The position numbers were made by a program, and so were the translations under genes. This document shows, one piece after another, positions 60,856-64,000 of a stretch of DNA of 64,000 bases. The DNA comes from an uncultured delta proteobacterium (GTDB lineage: Bacteria; Myxococcota_A; Polyangia; Polyangiales; Polyangiaceae), in the NCBI GenBank assembly GCA_963841435.1, contig CAWJCS010000003.1, positions 480,001 to 544,000 on the forward strand, in the 5' to 3' direction. Each line of letters starts with the position of its first letter. Within the stretch, counting starts at the first letter, position 1. Below the pieces are notes generated by a model. It saw nothing but the letters and a program-made list of their open reading frames with translations, had not been told where the DNA came from and made no database searches.

Positions 60856-62136
60856 ATGACGGAAAAGCCGGCCTGCGACATTCTTGCGCCTAGTGTGCCG
60901 ATGGCGCTCCCCCCCGGGACGGTCCTCGGGGGGCGTTACCTGCTCGGGGAAATGCTCGGTGAGGGAGGGCTTTCGATCGTCCACGCCGCGTTCGACCGTC
61001 GGCTCGAGCGGAACGTGGCGATCAAGCTGCTCCGGGGGGACCGCGCCTCGGCCGAGCTCCTGCGGCGGTTCGTGACGGAGGCGCGAACCCTCGCGAGGAT
61101 CCAGAGCCGGCATGTCGTCGGGGTCCTCGACCTCGGTGTGTTCACGAACGAAGATCGCGAGCGCGTCCCCTACATGGTGCTCGAGCTGCTCGAGGGCTCG
61201 GACCTCAGGGCCTTCAGCCGCGAGCTCGGTACGCTACCGCCCTCGTGGGTTGCACTCGCCGCGCTGCAAGCCTGCGAGGCACTGGCGGCCGCACACGCGG
61301 TCGGCATCGTTCATCGCGACGTGAAGCCCGAGAACATCTTCGTCGTCGGCGACGGCGTCAACGCGAGCCTCGAGATCAAGGTGGTGGATTTCGGCATCGC
61401 GAAGACCCCGCGGCCGCAGCAGAGGCAGCCCCGCGTGACGCTCGAAGGGGAACAGCTCGGCTCCCCCGGATACATGGCGCCCGAGCAGCTCTGCGACGCG
61501 CGCGACGTGGACGAACGCACGGACATCTGGTCTCTCGGCGTCGTGATGTACGAGCTCTTGGCGGGCGGCCCGCCGTTTTGCGGAGGGACCCAGCGGGAGA
61601 TCTGCGCGAGTATTCTCACCGGCAACTACTTGCCGCTCGACGCGATCAATCCGAGTCTGCCAGAAGGCTACGTCACGATCGTGCACCGCTGCATCCAGGC
61701 GGATCGCCAGCTGCGCTTCGACGACGTGCTCGGGCTAGCGCGGGCGCTCGCGCCCTACGCGGGTCCCGAAGGGCGTGCCCACGTCGCCGAAATCGAACGG
61801 GGCCTCACACCGGCGGGCGACGTGCACGCCGCCAAACCCTCCGAGCGGCCTGATCTCGCCCCATACGCCGAAACCGCCCACGCACCTCCACCGAACGAGG
61901 AGGACGTGGTGGTTCCGCTCACGACGCGACGGCGCTCGCTTCGGCGCTGGACGGCGCGCGCGCTGTGCCTGGCCGCTCTGCTCCCCCTGACCGCGCTCGC
62001 GGCGCTCGCCGTGGGCAGCCGGCTCGAGCCCACGGCAGCGCCATCGCGCCACGCCGTGCGCGCGCTGCGGGGCATGGCGGACGACCTCGCCGGCCGCGTC
62101 GGACGCTCGTTGTCGCGCGGTGCCGCGCCGAATTGA
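60856..62136 (+). CDS. Ser/Thr protein kinase with C-terminal TM
   Basis: GEGGLS, VAIK, HRDVKPEN, DFG, YMAPEQ, DIWSLG. Confidence 0.93.
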   Translation: MTEKPACDILAPSVPMALPPGTVLGGRYLLGEMLGEGGLSIVHAAFDRRLERNVAIKLLRGDRASAELLRRFVTEARTLARIQSRHVVGVLDLGVFTNEDRERVPYMVLELLEGSDLRAFSRELGTLPPSWVALAALQACEALAAAHAVGIVHRDVKPENIFVVGDGVNASLEIKVVDFGIAKTPRPQQRQPRVTLEGEQLGSPGYMAPEQLCDARDVDERTDIWSLGVVMYELLAGGPPFCGGTQREICASILTGNYLPLDAINPSLPEGYVTIVHRCIQADRQLRFDDVLGLARALAPYAGPEGRAHVAEIERGLTPAGDVHAAKPSERPDLAPYAETAHAPPPNEEDVVVPLTTRRRSLRRWTARALCLAALLPLTALAALAVGSRLEPTAAPSRHAVRALRGMADDLAGRVGRSLSRGAAPN

Positions 62137-62187
62137 GACACGTGGAGCGACGTCGCATGCCGGCGTCGTGGCCCCGAATCGGTAGGT

Positions 62188-62203
62188 TGGCACCTTACGT
62201 GCT
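62188..62203 (+). promoter_or_regulatory. Sigma54 promoter
   Basis: TGGCACCTTACGTGCT. Confidence 0.7.
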
Positions 62204-62214
62204 TCCTTCCGGGC

Positions 62215-62730
62215 ATGGAGCCGAACTTTCGAGACAAGCTGAGTCAGGCCGATACCCTGCCCGATCCGTCGTCAAATCGGACGTTCGACGCCACCGAGGG
62301 CGACGCGGCGCGCAACTTCGTCTTGTCGCTCGCGCTGGAGGCTTACGAAAAGGAAATGGGTTGCGCGCGGCTGTGCGCGCTCGCCGCCCCGACATTGCGC
62401 ACCCGAGAGACGGCAAGCGCCGTCGATCGGCGCCGCCGTGCCGCCCTACGCCGCGCCGAAGCCGTACGTCACATGGGCGACCTCTTGGGCCAGGATCTGC
62501 GCGACGACGACGGCCGAAACTTGCGCCAAGCGACGGCGCACCATCGCATCGTCTGCCTGGCGGCATCGCTCAAGATGGCGACCGAAAGCCGCGACGCGGA
62601 GCTCGCGGAAAGCGTCTCGCTCGAGTGCGTCGTGCAGGCGCGGACGATGGCGCGCATGACCTGGGGCAAGCTCGTGGCCGCCGCGAAGGTGTTGCACATG
62701 GCCGAGGCGCTCGCCGCGTCCGAGCGCTGA
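62215..62730 (+). CDS. Helical protein, possibly a degenerate ferritin-like domain
   Basis: LALEAYEKEMG..SLKMA..LECVVQA..TW resembles, from memory, a ferritin-like stress family (ALETExGG..ECVVxAETKDH) with several ligands lost. Confidence 0.45.
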   Translation: MEPNFRDKLSQADTLPDPSSNRTFDATEGDAARNFVLSLALEAYEKEMGCARLCALAAPTLRTRETASAVDRRRRAALRRAEAVRHMGDLLGQDLRDDDGRNLRQATAHHRIVCLAASLKMATESRDAELAESVSLECVVQARTMARMTWGKLVAAAKVLHMAEALAASER

Positions 62731-62772
62731 GCGACTGGCCGAGGCGCTCGCCGCGTCCGAGCGCTGAGCGAC
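62699..62772. repeat. Perfect 37-bp tandem duplication spanning the stop codon
   Basis: tggccgaggcgctcgccgcgtccgagcgctgagcgac at 62699-62735 and 62736-62772. Confidence 0.92.
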
Positions 62773-62887
62773 GAGCACCGAGCTCGGAGGCTTCCTCCAG
62801 AACGACGAACGCCATACCGCCGGGCTAGCCGACGACCGTCGAGGCGCCGCGCCGCGGGGGAACGTCAGGCGAAGGCGAAGGCGTGGG

Positions 62888-63118
62888 TTAATGCGTGTCG
62901 GCGTCAACCTTCTCGCCCGCGTTGTCAACGCCATCCTCGACCTGATCGGCAGCGTCCTGCGCCTTCTCCTTTGCCTTTGCGGCGGATTCGTCCACTTGTT
63001 CCCCCGCTCGTTCGGCGGGTCCGTCCGCGGGCTCGTGCGAGCCGCCGCAGGCAACGGCCGAAAGACCGAGCAGCGAAGAGACCATGAGCACACGACCGGT
63101 TCGATGGGTGAGGAGCAT
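62888..63118 (-). CDS. Small hydrophilic lipoprotein (CsbD/LEA-like repeats)
   Basis: Lipobox [41 protein letters not shown]. Confidence 0.75.
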   Translation of the reverse strand: MLLTHRTGRVLMVSSLLGLSAVACGGSHEPADGPAERAGEQVDESAAKAKEKAQDAADQVEDGVDNAGEKVDADTH

Positions 63119-63163
63119 GCGATCCTTTCTCGCTTCGTTTCCCGAAGCAGAAGCTCGTCATGC

Positions 63164-63179
63164 TGCACGTCGCGTGCCA
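63164..63179 (-). promoter_or_regulatory. Sigma54 promoter for the small lipoprotein
   Basis: TGGCACGCGACGTGCA. Confidence 0.7.
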
Positions 63180-63356
63180 GCCGAGCCGCTCGCCACGGTC
63201 GCCAATGGCCACGCGAGCGGGCTCAGCGGGGTCCCGAGCGTCCGAGGTCCGCTTCGGCGACAACGAGGCAATGCTCCCCGTGCGCCTTCAGCGCCGGGCA
63301 CCAGCGTGAGAGCGCGGCGCACGCGATACGTCGGCGGTGGGACTGACGTCGGGCAC

Positions 63357-63372
63357 TGGCACGCACTCTGCA
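63357..63372 (+). promoter_or_regulatory. Sigma54 promoter
   Basis: TGGCACGCACTCTGCA. Confidence 0.7.
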
Positions 63373-63464
63373 CGGGACCCTGACAGCGCCGCCCGGAGCG
63401 GACTTTTCTGGCCTATTTCCGGGAGCGCGCGCCCCGAACCCCCGCACTACCCGTGAGCAACATC

Positions 63465-63968
63465 ATGAAACGAACCAACCCAATCGATACCCGGACGACA
63501 GGCAACGGAATTCTGAAATCCATCGCGCTCGCCGGGACACTGGCTGTCGCTTCCCTGCTGCCCGCCACGGCGCACGCACGGAGCGACAAGCAGCGCGTGG
63601 AAACGACCCAACCGAATCGCGGCATGCTCCGCTCGGGCGTCGTGACGCTCGGCCTTTCCTACGTGCCAGCGTTCGTCGTCGCCGCGTCGAGCGACCTCCA
63701 CTCCGACCGCTACCTGTACGCGCCGGTCGCTGGACCGTGGCTCGACTTCGCGAAACGTGAATGCACTTCGTGCGAGCACGAGACCGCCAACAAAGTGCTG
63801 CTCGTGACCGACGGCATCTTCCAGGCGATCGGTGCGCTCGACATCGTCGGCTCGGTCATCTTCGTCGAGACGCGAACGACCTACGTCGAGGCGGAGGCGC
63901 CCCGGTTCCGTCTGACGCCGGCCCGGATGGCAGGCGGCTACGGCCTCGTCGCCCACGGCACCTTCTGA
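63465..63968 (+). CDS. Exported hypothetical protein
   Basis: Signal peptide ..ATAHA; PVAGPWL motif; C-terminal GTF as in the PEGA/TPR proteins of this window. Confidence 0.6.
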   Translation: MKRTNPIDTRTTGNGILKSIALAGTLAVASLLPATAHARSDKQRVETTQPNRGMLRSGVVTLGLSYVPAFVVAASSDLHSDRYLYAPVAGPWLDFAKRECTSCEHETANKVLLVTDGIFQAIGALDIVGSVIFVETRTTYVEAEAPRFRLTPARMAGGYGLVAHGTF

Positions 63969-64000
63969 CCAGACCCGATTGAACGGCCTGGGCTCGGGCG

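Overview
GC-rich bacterial DNA, most likely Myxococcota (Polyangiaceae/Polyangiales-like), judged from PEGA/TPR proteins, Myxococcus-type Cys-rich repeats, a MYXO-CTERM-like tail and Ser/Thr kinases. No rRNA, tRNA, CRISPR array or mobile element was recognised. Layout: (1) ~1-32.6 kb, an accessory cell-surface region encoding a degenerate sigma54-type regulator, a CxxCH-porin fusion, a monoheme protein with a MYXO-CTERM-like tail, a pseudokinase, a TonB-dependent receptor, a beta-helix-like lipoprotein, a 3-4-heme lipoprotein, two Cys-rich-repeat lipoproteins, a giant PstS-like protein, a GT41 glycosyltransferase, a parvulin and PhoX. A palindrome TTCCG-N5-CGGAA recurs six times in its intergenic DNA, and there are Pho-box-like repeats. 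(2) gap-pgk-tpiA-Zn finger-secG, a hybrid histidine kinase and an RRM protein. (3) An isc operon headed by a Cys-tailed MerR regulator instead of IscR. (4) An ECF/FecR surface-signalling operon. (5) A pentapeptide-repeat/bactofilin pair. (6) A 58-64 kb cluster of small stress-type genes, most with their own sigma54 (-24/-12) promoter, around an NtrC-family activator. Six +1 frameshifts are present; four lie at or next to GACGTC, which suggests motif-linked sequencing errors. All family calls come from motif recognition by eye; no database search was run.
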